A stretch of 64,000 nt of DNA. Source: Podarcis tiliguerta. Lineage: Eukaryota. The stretch lies in the NCBI GenBank assembly GCA_965153285.1, contig OZ229111.1, one strand, 5' to 3'. A program made the translations under genes and the position numbers. The notes below the pieces were generated by a model. That model was not told the origin of the DNA and did no database searches. It saw only the letters and a list, made by a program, of their open reading frames with translations. This document shows, in pieces, positions 52,882 to 64,000 of the stretch (within the stretch, counting starts at the first letter, position 1; each line of letters opens with the position of its first letter).

Positions 52882-52968
52882 CTTATATGGTATACGGCGG
52901 TCCTCCATTTTCATGGATTTGTCACAACAGAGCTAACTGGCCATCGCATTTCTTACCCAAGTAAACAT
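52882..52968 (-). ncRNA. HOTAIR: Block homologous to HOTAIR exon 4, with intact splice donor
   Basis: Minus strand ATGTTTAC..AGAAATGCgAtGGCC...AAATGGAGGACCGcCG..CC.TATAAG|GTAGG, versus recalled human ATGTTTACAAGACCAGAAATGCCACGGCC...GAAATGGAGGACCGGCGCCTTCCTTATAAG| exon end. Confidence 0.65.
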
Positions 52969-55424
52969 ATGGGTCTCTGTCTCTCTTTTTAAACACCCCC
53001 CCGGCCCATTTCCCCCTCTCTTTTACATCACCATTCTTATTTTGAGGGAGGGGGGGGCTATCTGAATGCAACGATCAAGAGGAAGGCTGTGGGGGTGCGT
53101 GGAGGGTGAGACTATGTGGGAATGAGACCAGAAGTCCGCATGACGACCGCTGCTTGGAAAGTTTTTTTTCCCCTCCCTCTCTCTCCTCCCCCCCCCCTCC
53201 GGGATTGCAGACTTCAAACAACTCCTCTTTCAGCAAGATGCAAACACGTCTGCGATGGAGGAAATTAAACGTCATAAAGAAAAGCCCAATTAGGGTTTAA
53301 TGTCTCAACATTACGGTTTCCTCCAGAAAACAATGAAGTTCGCTCGGTAAGGAGAGGGGGGGAATGGGTGGGGGGAGGGGATAAGGGAAAGGAGGGTTTA
53401 GATTTTCTTGTCTTAATCGTATAATCTTTAAATAAAGGAGGAGGTGGGAGGGATGGGGTGGGTAGATCAGAGCGTCTGAAATTAATAAGAGCGGAAATGA
53501 GGGGAGATCCTGCAATGTCTTGAGCAGCCTGTCTACTGTGGAAGGCTGGATTATAGACATTCTCATATCACAGGTTGTCCGTCGGAGGTCCCAGAACGGG
53601 CCTAATTGCGCACAGGAGATCTGCCAGGGATTCGGAGGTTAAAGAGGGGAGTGGGTGGGTGGTCTTTACATAGATTGAACCGATAAGGTGATATCGCGAC
53701 AAGGAAAAAGGGCTGGATGGAGGAGAGGGGAAGGGAAGGGAAGGGAAGGGAAAGGGAGGAAATTTAAAGACAGAGAGAGAGGCGAAAGTGGGTGGCTAGT
53801 GGGTGAATAAAGAGGATTTATTTATTTATTTCCCACCCACCCACCCACCCCCAAAAGAAAGCGCCCCTCCCTCTCAGTGGCAAAGCTGTTCACGTTATGG
53901 TAAAAGATAAGTCTTCCTCTCGAAGGAAACATATGAAAAATGGCTGGAGTCCTTGTTTTGGCTGAGACGGAGGAGAAGAGCAGGTTCGCTTCTTTACCAC
54001 CGCAAGATGGTGGAGGGGAGCATGAGAATTAAATCTCGATCGAGGTCAACCCATAATTTTAGGCTATCCAAGTAGCTCCCCCCCCCCCGCACCGCTTCCC
54101 ATTTTCTTCTCGTATTGGCAGCGACGTGGGAGTGCGGTGGGGACGGTGGGGGTAAGGGAGGGAAAGCTGCAAACCAAACAAAAAAAACCCCACGCCCTTG
54201 CAAGAGAGTAGATTTCCAAGGGACTCAATGGGACTTTGTTCCCAAATAATATCATAGCAAGATCATAACCGCAACGCCGGGGCCGCTATAAATTTCGCCT
54301 GGGTCTATGGCCCTCCTCCATAGTGGTAGCGGATACAGTTGTTACTTAGCGGAGGCGGCAGTGCCGCAACGCCTCTGAACAAAAAAAAAAGCCCAAACCC
54401 AATCATTTATATTGTCTTGACACCCGGCGTTCGTGCGTGCTGTTTAGCAAGGATATTGTTGTGGGATGGGCGAGGAATATAACAACAATCGTTCTCCTAG
54501 TCCATTAGAGAAAATGAACAGATTTCCCAGTGACAGTTTCCAAAGCCGCTTAATCTATACAGGGTGCGCGCGCGCGCTTGTGTGGCTCTTCCCAGACTAA
54601 TGCCAGATGTGCGTTTGCAGCGCTATCTGCAGTTCTTCCCCGTTTTGAACTTCCAGTCCTGTTTATTTGTTTGTTTTGGGATTTCTGCGTGGCGCAGAAG
54701 GCACGGGAGAGCTTTCTTTTGATTCGTTTGCCCTGCATGGCGGAGGGAACTGGTAAGCAGGACTCCAACTCAAAAAAGACGGCCTCTGTTTGTATTTTTT
54801 TTTAAAAATCAACACGGAATATACTTGTCCTTTCCTTTCAGTCCCACATTATCAATTAGCGTTGCTTTATTTTTGTTTTAAACAGTAGCCTACTTGCAAC
54901 GTTACCTACGATGCGAGTCACTACGAGGAGACATCCTTATGTGCACATCCTTGAAGTCAACGGGAACTCCGAGTTTAAAATATTTAGTATCGCGCTGCTA
55001 GCATTTAAAGGTATTTTAAGAACAAAGCCAAACAAATCTGCATCCTTTTCCAACGTGCAGTGGACGCACAATTTCGGATTTGGTCTCCCTACAGCCACCC
55101 CTCTCGCTTACTGAAATGGACAATGCGACCATGTGAGTTCCTAAACTCCTTACTGTAAAAAAAAAATATATCCTTTTATATGCAGGCACAGAATAGCAGA
55201 TTTGAAGAAGTCCCAAAGGGAGTATGTCTGATAAAGAAAGCAGAATGATGGAATGTGCGCGTGAGGGAGAGAATATAAGCATCAAACAGCACTTCAGACA
55301 GCTGGTTCTGAATCCTAGTAGGATGAAGGCAATAACTAAAGCGATATAAAGTTACTAAGAAAACAGATATTTTAAATTTCTGTTTCGTAAGTCACTCTGT
55401 ATGTATATATGTATAAAGAGAGAG

Positions 55425-55554
55425 NNNNNNNNNNNNNNNNNNNNNNNNNNNNNNNNNNNNNNNNNNNNNNNNNNNNNNNNNNNNNNNNNNNNNNNNNNNN
55501 NNNNNNNNNNNNNNNNNNNNNNNNNNNNNNNNNNNNNNNNNNNNNNNNNNNNNN
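55425..55554. other. Assembly gap (N run)
   Basis: Run of n characters within a (GA)n tract. Confidence 0.99.
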
Positions 55555-56137
55555 AGAGGGGGACAGCCGTAATACAAGTAAATGGTCAAGGGCACGATCC
55601 AGCCAAAGACGGTCACTTTTAAATTAATTTCAGGGTGTGTGTGTGAATAAAGTATGTCCCTCAGTGACATTGGTGGGATTTAACTGTGGCCGGATCGTGA
55701 CCACAATAACTATCCGACTTCATAAGTGGAATGGCATACAGAGAAATACAGCATTTGGGTTTTGTTCCGAGTAATTTTTTTAAACTAAGTACCTCATTTT
55801 AGAAATATAATTTGAGATTTCAAGAAGGGTTTCCAAGCGAATGCACAAGACTGAAAGTTAAATGCATTTTTGCACACTCTGGATCTTGACTGGATCATTT
55901 AGATCTTGTACTCCACTGAAAATAACTCATCTACCGCTAATTTCTAGAAACCATGAGACATAATAATTCACCAGATTTCAAAACAAAACAAAACAAAACG
56001 AAAAGCACATATAGAGTCATGCGTTTGTAGTTGCATTTCATGCGAATTTCCAACAATTGATGTCTGTAGATGCGCTTGTGGGCTATCAAGTTACTTTCAA
56101 CTGTTCTCATATGCATATATTGAGGGACACATAGATT

Positions 56138-56186
<49 letters not shown>

Positions 56187-59100
56187 CCTTGCGCACGCGC
56201 ACACGTCCCCATGCAAACAAAGAGGCTGATATTTCATAGCATTGCCAAAAGGCGCTCTGAAGTAATGAACATTCCTTATTGCTGGTTTCTATGTTTGCAG
56301 AATGTCACCACACAACTATCCCAGGCATTCTGTTTCATTTTATTCTGATAAATGTGGATACTGGGGTTGATTCCAGCACTACTGACTTACATCGGGGAGC
56401 GGGAGGATAAGCTATTGAAGTTTCTTTCCCCCCTGTAAAAACGTTGAGATTTCACTTTGATCACGGTGTGTCTGATGGGAACAAGGCAGCCTGCTGGCTG
56501 AAATGAAAGAAACCTAGGTATCAAGGTAGACTAAAAAGCTAAAAAACATCCAGCTCATACACACAACCAAAAGCAGAACGTTTCATATAAGTTAAACCCC
56601 TTTTGGCAAAATCTCACTCACAGTGGCTGCTATGTCTTCCTTCACACATACTAATAAGAAGCTATCCCGTTACAATAAAGCTTATATCGTGCATACGGAG
56701 ATATTTGCTAATAAAACTGAACTCTCACGTGAAACAAAAATTCCTTGGATGGGACTTGATGGTCCACATCCCGAAAACCTCATCCAGATAATAAAGCATT
56801 TTTTAAAAAATCTATGCATGTCTATTCACTCTCTGCGTGTTGTAGAATTTTATTATTTAAAACGTTGGGTGCTTTTAAAACGTTTGTGTATTATGTTGGT
56901 CAATGGCCCACTTTCTTTTGAACACAATCCAGTGCAGCTATTCTTTTTGAAAGGAACCTGAAACACACCGAAAATTGGCTTCTTGGGTGAATTACTAGGT
57001 CCGCTTTCATTTGGAAAGCGGAATAAGCCATTGGCAAACTCCAATGAACTTGGCTTTGTAGCGTATATATTCAAGTGTGTCTGGACCGGAAGGGTCGGCC
57101 AAATATGTTGGCGTAAGAGTTCCTTTTATTCGCTTCTAGCTTGCTAACTAGTGGAACTGACCTAACGATCCTTACATGTATATTGATATGGCTGCAACCC
57201 AATGCACGTTTTTCTTGGGAGTAAAGCCAAGCAACCCTCTGTAGACAATGGGCTTCAATCGAACTTGCTTGTGTGCATAGGATCAGACCCTACTGAGCAA
57301 TCACTGCACTTTATTATTCATTGCAATATGCCAAGTATCATTTGCAATCCTCCCAATTATGATGGTTTATATTACCCCAATAATGCGCAGAGTAGAATTC
57401 TGCGTGGGGCATCTAGTCAGGGCATCCCTCAGCGCAGCTACACTGCTCACTGTTGACTTTGCGTGTGGCTGGGAAGCATACCGCTTATCAGCTTTTATCT
57501 TTATTGGGTCCACATGATTTTGAACTTGCAACCCTGGCCTGTGGAAGATCTGAAACATTCTCCCCCTCCCCGCTTCCCCGCTTTGAATCGTTAGCAGCTT
57601 ATGAAGTCGTCTTTAGTAGGCTGGCTTATATCCAATTAAATTTATCTTTGCCATTGGGGGACAATAATATTTTCCAAGAGCTTCCTACTTGTAGCTATTG
57701 TCTCTGGCCCCGGATTTCCTGAACACACAAGCAGTCGAGGATAATCTGCTTGCTGGCGAAGGTTTGTAGTACCCTTTGGCTTGATTTAAATACATCGGGG
57801 TATTTTATTTTTCCTTGGGAAGTAATTGCATCGCTGTTGCACGGGGAAAAAAATCATTCCTAGGCTGTGATCCCAAACACATTGACTTGTAAGTCACTTG
57901 CATAGGATTCAGCGGGACTCAGTTGCTTCCAGTGCGCTGCATCGCGGAAGACTCACAGGTCACAATCCTAAAGCGTCAAAAGTTTGGGATTCTTTGGCCC
58001 ATAGAAGGCATGCGAAAACGGCTGCTTGAAATGTTTGGGTGGCTTCCCATCCCCAAACCTCACAAAAGTAACCCTTCACCCCCTGTATAGAGAACCTATC
58101 TTATTGTAGGCCGTAGAAATACCTTAGGGGCGTCCGCTTCATTCTGAAATTCGGGGGAAATCCGCCAAGAAAAGGCCAAAAGGCAAGAGGTAAACAACAT
58201 TTTCGTGACCCCATTTCTCCCTAGGAAAAGCTTTAGGGTTGGGTAGTACATGTGCCTATGACTGAGATGCTGGGAGATGGGAAAATAGAGATTTAGATTA
58301 GAATATCTACATTTATGCATATTCTAGAAGGTAGTCTTTGTGTCATAGTCTGCACATTTCTAAAAGAGAGACCCGTATGACGATCTCTGAATGAAAGCAT
58401 TAATCGGTGTGGACCATGAAGTTAATCGAAATTTGCACTGATTTACATATGTTAATTTATCTCCCAAACTGATAAGAGGACGATGAAACTAGTTTATATG
58501 AGATCCAAGGCGGGTTTCGACCACACCTACAAATCTTTGCCGTCCATAGACTAGCTGGCAAATGTTTGTTAGTTATTCCCAAACCCGCTTTGGCCATCGT
58601 GTACCGTTCAGTCTTGATTCGCTTAATATACACAAACAAACCCAGAGACCGGAGTCCTGACCACGATGGGAACATGTCTTTGGCCAAACCCGCCACAACT
58701 ATAATCCGAGCTGGGTTCTTTCAAAGTTCATTTTACCCACAGAAAAGTACGTTTCCTAGAAAGTCTTGTCCACGTGGATACAATTTTCTGCCTAAATAAT
58801 AATAATAACAATAACAAAATACTGGAATGTGTTTATAGTGTGATCTTGGTTCTGTCGGGCAAATGACCCGGCAACAGAAGAAGGGAATGTATTGCCTGAT
58901 TAACACAGCAATGCCATGTTGAAGTACACTTGGCGAGCCACAGACAACCAGCCGGGTGAACATATACATATGTCTAATTACACCTAGGAAGCTCTGCCTG
59001 GCAATTGACACAATCCTGTTCTCTCTGCCTGCTCTGCTCTTTCTTATGAATCTTCATAGTGAGTCACACCATCACACAACTTGGGGAGACACTGTCATAA

Positions 59101-62100
59101 CGCACCTACTTCGAAAGGTTTTTTCCTTTTTTTACTTCTTCTCTCCCTCCCGTATATATTAAAGAGGGTTTTTAGACAACTAATTAAAAAAAAAAGTTTT
59201 AAAAAAGTATTTCTTGGCTGTGAATATGAAATCTATCAACGAGTAAAGCACTCAAAGAACTCTACGGTTTATGCTCAATGGGCTGTTGGTTTTTTTGTGT
59301 TGTTTTATATATTTTTTTTTAGTGGAGACCAAAAGGAATGTGAGACTTCCAGCCTTCATTCTTCTGTTTTATGGTAGTCAGGGAATTGACTTTGGTGGTT
59401 CAAATTCAAGTGCTGTGGCTCCACAGCTGTCTTTTCTGTGCTTCTTCGCAGGAAGCCGACAAATCCTATACTTTAAACCGGGCTTTAAAAAACACAACGG
59501 CACTGGGGCTCGCTTGAGCTTATATCTACCTATTAAGAGCAATAAATTATTCGCACACCTAGAGGAGATATCCTGTGTGTTATACCCCACATGCTTTCAA
59601 CAGCCACCCGCTTTAGACCCCTTCTGCTCGCCACCAATGCAGCCGGATGAGACACAGGAGAAATTTCTGCCCCACTAGGAAAAGTGGAAAGAAGGAATAA
59701 AGAAGAAGAGGTGGGGGGGGGGGAATGGACTGGGGCAACTCACTTTGCAAGGGATGTTACAGAACCATTCCCAAACAGCACCCAGCACTGCAAATGTATT
59801 CAGTTTCCCCACCCCACCTCGGGCAGGTTCAATAAATAGGGTTTGGTAAGAAGGAGTGCAGAAAAATAATGATCCCCGTAAACAATATTTTTATTAGTTT
59901 GTAGTTAGCATGAATATTGCTGCGTAAAAAGGGGTAGTTAAAGGCTCCCTGACACTTTAATTAAAAGTTTGTGTCTAAAGCAGCATCTAACTCATAAACG
60001 GCAGAGCCAAAACAGACCATCCCTGCAGAAGCCTTGCCCTACTCCTGTCCCCCTCTCCCCCACACAACACACACCCATCTCTTCTTCCCCATGCGCAGAG
60101 GTGTGTATTTGGTGAGGAGGCTCAGAATGGTTTGGAACCTGGAGGCGCGTTTATCTGAACCCTCTGCGGGGGAGGCATCCTAGTCCAAAGACGCAGAACA
60201 GTCGAAAGTGATGAACGTCGCCCGTAGACGTATGAAATTAAAAGGACAGGTTGATCAGAGGGCTTCACGAGAAAGAGAGAGAGAGCCGCCATGTTTTCTT
60301 TAGGTTTTGTCTGTAGGATCACTTAATGAAGACTCTGGATTCGAAAGGAACCCACCCTATAAAAGTCCCACTGTGGTTTTTAAGGCTTTGCTTCAGTCCC
60401 GAGTCACACACGACCTTTAAAGATTTTGATCTCCTGTCCGATATAGTCAGTTTCCTCCCCGTGACCGAAAATCATTTTTCGTTTCGGTCATTCTGTTCAT
60501 TAATCTCATCCTCCCTTTTTGGTTTCTGCAGATGTCCCTTCCTTTCCTGGGGCGTCTTCGTCGCTGCAGACTGCTTAGGTATCTGTTCTACCTGCTGACT
60601 AAACTCTACCTGGTGGTTTTAAAAGTAAAAAGAGCCTCCCAGATTAAAATGAATTATGGGGCAAATGAGGTCATCGCAGAGCGTCTCCTTTTGTATCCCA
60701 AGTTGCTAGATTTTTCTTCTTCTTAAGGATTTGTTCAAGGCTTACCCAAAGGAAAAGCTTCACAACCACAAAAACCATAACGTTAAAAAACAACAACCCC
60801 TCAGTTCCCACATATCCTTATATACCAGCCCGCCATGTTCCTGGACTTTGTTATTTGTTCCTGAGAGTTTAATTTACTGCAACACGAATTGACAGGATAT
60901 CACTAGTAAAGTCATTTTGCTCTCCTGATGCTGTGTGAATTTTGTTATGAGGCTTTTAAACTGTCCAAAACTGGAGCCAGCGATGGAGATTAAGGCGGGA
61001 GGATTCTATGTAAACAAAGCAAAGTTGTTGGGTCCTACACACACACACACACGCACGCACACACACTTCTTTGAAAAGAGCAAAGTGAATTAAAAACAGA
61101 AATAAAGGCAGAGATGAGAGCAAAAAGACAACAGAATATTGGAGATATTTTGCATCAGGTGGAAACTAAACATTTTTATTTATTTATTTGCAGACCAATT
61201 ACAGGACCTTTTTTTAAAAACACAAATGAAAAAGTTGTCAATTCAGGCGCAAAATCTGTTTGATGAGCCTGTGTGATGTGTGCTCCAGATCATCTGAAAG
61301 ACAGGAGAGTTTTAAGCACGCATCCTTTGTTTGGGGGACTTTACTGGATATGCCAGCAGCCTCTATCAACTGTCAATATTCTCTAAACGCCTTTATAGCA
61401 TGGCTTTCTGGATCATGACTGAAAGAAGACACTTTAGGTTAACAATTGTCTGAAAGTCAGGAGGAATGTTCTACAAGACACCTTTTACAAATATTCCTTC
61501 TTCCAGCTTTAAAAATCTGAGGGAATTGCAGGGGGGGCGGTGAGAGACTCCAAGAGCACCAAATACAAGGACAAATGACTTTAATAAGAATCCTATTTAT
61601 TTTTTTCAGCGCACCCCCCTGCCTTTTCTTTCGCTGGCAGAATAAAGGTCGCAAGGCACCGTGAACATACATTGATTGACAATAAACAGCTGCATTAAAT
61701 ATTCAATATACCACTCTTACATAATAAATATTTAACCAAACGTTAAAGGGGGCTTTCGAATATTTATTAGTCCTATGTCCTGATGTATCCTCCCTAATTC
61801 CAATACTCTGAAGTCATTAAGCCCATGCCTCAGAGGGTTCAGGTTCGGGCTTAAATCCCTAGAAAAGTTTCAAAGTTTATTCGGCTCCTCGCATATTTGG
61901 GATATGCTGCTGGAGGTGTGCATTCTCTTTGGCAGATTAGGTGTCCTTATGCATACATGAGATCCATACATAGGCATCTAAGTAATTAATAAACGTGAGA
62001 AACTTGCCAGTTGCTCCCCTATATACCTATCTGTTCCAAAGATCCCACCCACACCCACTATATTGGGATGTGCCCCGGACTCCTGGAGCAAGATCTTGAA

Positions 62101-62406
62101 AAATGTTTGAAAACTTACTGACGAATCTTTATCCAGTCCCCTGGGCTTCTAACAGTTGAATCCACATTTTTAAGAAAAGAAAAGAAAAAAGACAGAGAAG
62201 AGAAGAAGGAAAAGGGAAATAAAAGAATATGTCTGATCATGCCTAAAATGTGACTTGCATGGAAAGAACCCCCTAAAAAAAAAAGTAAGAGAGGGAAAAT
62301 TACAGTTAACACATCCTTTAGACCCTCCCTCGCCTCCTCCACCCCTGAGCTACCCCCACCCAACCCCATATCTGAATCCTCCTGAACAACTGAAAGCAAA
62401 ATCCAA

Positions 62407-62464
<58 letters not shown>

Positions 62465-62529
62465 TTCGCCAGCCATCCCCTCGCTATCTGCTTTGAATGC
62501 TTACAAGGGGTGTGCCTGGAAGAAAATGA

Positions 62530-62788
62530 ATACAAATCTGCGATTGATTTTCATAATGTTTCTGCGGTGTTTGAAAACCAATCGTTTGAACCTCTGAGAT
62601 CTTACCTAAGTGAACCACTCCTACGCTTCTAAGTGCTCCAAACTGATATATGACAATATCTACTTTGGATCACGTGTCCTGGAGAGAGCGACTAAGACGG
62701 ATAGCGCGTCATCTCGCCTTCCCAAATTTTTCCCCCTCTGCACATCGGATCCAAAACATCTATCTATAGGAGCAAGAAAAGGAGAAAG
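62530..62788 (+). promoter_or_regulatory. HOXC11 proximal promoter / 5'UTR
   Basis: CCAAT at 62578 and ATATCTACTTTGGATCACGTG (E-box at 62671), directly upstream of the ATG. Confidence 0.6.
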
Positions 62789-63467
62789 ATGTTTAACTCA
62801 GTGAACCTAGGAAACTTCTGTTCCCAGTCGCGCAAAGAGCGGAGTGCTGACTTTGGAGAGCGAGCAGGTTGCGCTTCCAATCTCTACCTCCCCAGCTGCA
62901 CCTATTACGTCCCAGAATTTTCAACTGTGTCATCTTTCTTGCCACAGGCCCCCTCTCGCCAAATCTCCTACCCTTATTCCACTAACCTCTCTCAAGTGCA
63001 GCCAGTGCGAGAGGTCTCCTACGGGCTAGACCCCTCGAATAAATGGCACCATAGAAGCAATTACGCCTCGTGTTATTCCGCGGAAGATCTGATGCACAGG
63101 GATTGCCTCCCGCCTTCCACCATGACCGAAATGCTAATGAAAAACGAAAGCGTGTACAGCCACCACCACCACCCCAGCTCCAACCACCCGGCGTCCACTG
63201 GCTTCTACTCCAGCATGAACAAAAACAGTGTCCTCCCGCAAGGCTTCGACCGGTTCTTCGAAAACGCCTACTGCTCCACCGAGAACCCGCCCGAGACCTG
63301 TTTGCAGAAGACCGAGAGCAAGCTGGAGACCGACTCCCAGCCCACCGCGCTGTCATCCCGCGGCGACCAAGGCGTAGACCCGGAAGACGAGGAAGAAAAC
63401 ACCAACCCGGGCTCGTCAGCTTCATCCTCCTCTGTCAACAAGGAAGGGAGCAAAACCAGCAACTCGA
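62789..63467 (+). CDS. HOXC11: Homeobox C11, coding exon 1 (exon 2 lies beyond the window)
   Basis: [54 protein letters not shown]...[13 protein letters not shown]. Phase-1 donor TCGA|gtaggt. Confidence 0.96.
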
Positions 63468-64000
63468 GTAGGTAGAGAAAGCAGTAAATGGAAAGGTTAA
63501 GGGACTAGCCCGCTGTTTTGTCGGTCAAATTTTATGTGGAGTTTTATAAGCATTCAAAGGATTTTATTATAACCTACAAAGCTCTTTCTTGCAACGAGAA
63601 GAATTTTTACGATGGGAAAGGCTCTTTGAGAAAAATGGAGATGTTAGGCGCAGACACAGTATCTCAGAGTCTGTGAAATTTTAAAAGCACACCATGGTGA
63701 CAAATATTAACTTTGATCATGAACTTACATGAGCATTTTAAAAGGATTTGGTCCCGGGCTTCTGAGGGTAAAAGGCAATTGGGCAGAACACTGCTCTTGC
63801 TTCCTGTCCTCGCGAGGAGGCACTGAGAGATGCACGCGAGCGAGCGGGGGGGGGGGCGGGTGGTGTTATTTTTTCCCCTTATTGAAAATGCATGCAGAAA
63901 TTCAAATATATATCTATATTGCTATGAATGTGGGGAAAGGGAATGCAACGTTTTCACGTCCTCAGTGCATCCTGTGTTGTCGTTCTTGCTCCTGTTGTTG

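Noticed and set aside
53300-58000. Homologues of HOTAIR exons 1-2 and its promoter
   Set aside because: No convincing match by eye. The CpG-rich patch at ~54270-54600 is only suggestive, and an assembly gap lies in the interval.
39423-62788. miRNA hairpins (miR-196, miR-615, miR-10)
   Set aside because: No mature sequence recognised; these miRNAs lie further 3' in the cluster, and the hairpins seen here are MITEs.
62982-63471. Alternative-frame and antisense ORFs over HOXC11 exon 1
   Set aside because: By-products of GC-rich coding sequence with no recognisable homology.

Overview
Vertebrate genomic DNA, most likely a lacertid-type lizard (it carries a Sauria SINE, a Squam3-like SINE and a Bov-B/RTE LINE). 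The window covers the 5' (posterior) end of the HOXC cluster. On the + strand lie HOXC13 (21244-21907 + 24644-24900, 306 aa), HOXC12 (37004-37568 + 39184-39422, 267 aa) and exon 1 of HOXC11 (62789-63467). The first 21 kb is non-genic: a processed FAU pseudogene, retroposons and MITE-like repeats. Short DNA-transposon remnants also occur inside the cluster. The main finding is in the HOXC12-HOXC11 interval. Minus-strand blocks there match human HOTAIR lncRNA exons 3, 4, (5) and 6 in the correct order, including the exon-4 splice donor, which suggests a squamate HOTAIR orthologue. That comparison uses the human sequence as I recall it and needs a real alignment. A second signal is a set of DR0 (NR6A1/NR5A-type) nuclear-receptor sites around HOXC13/HOXC12. 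There are two assembly gaps (1916-2047, 55425-55554).
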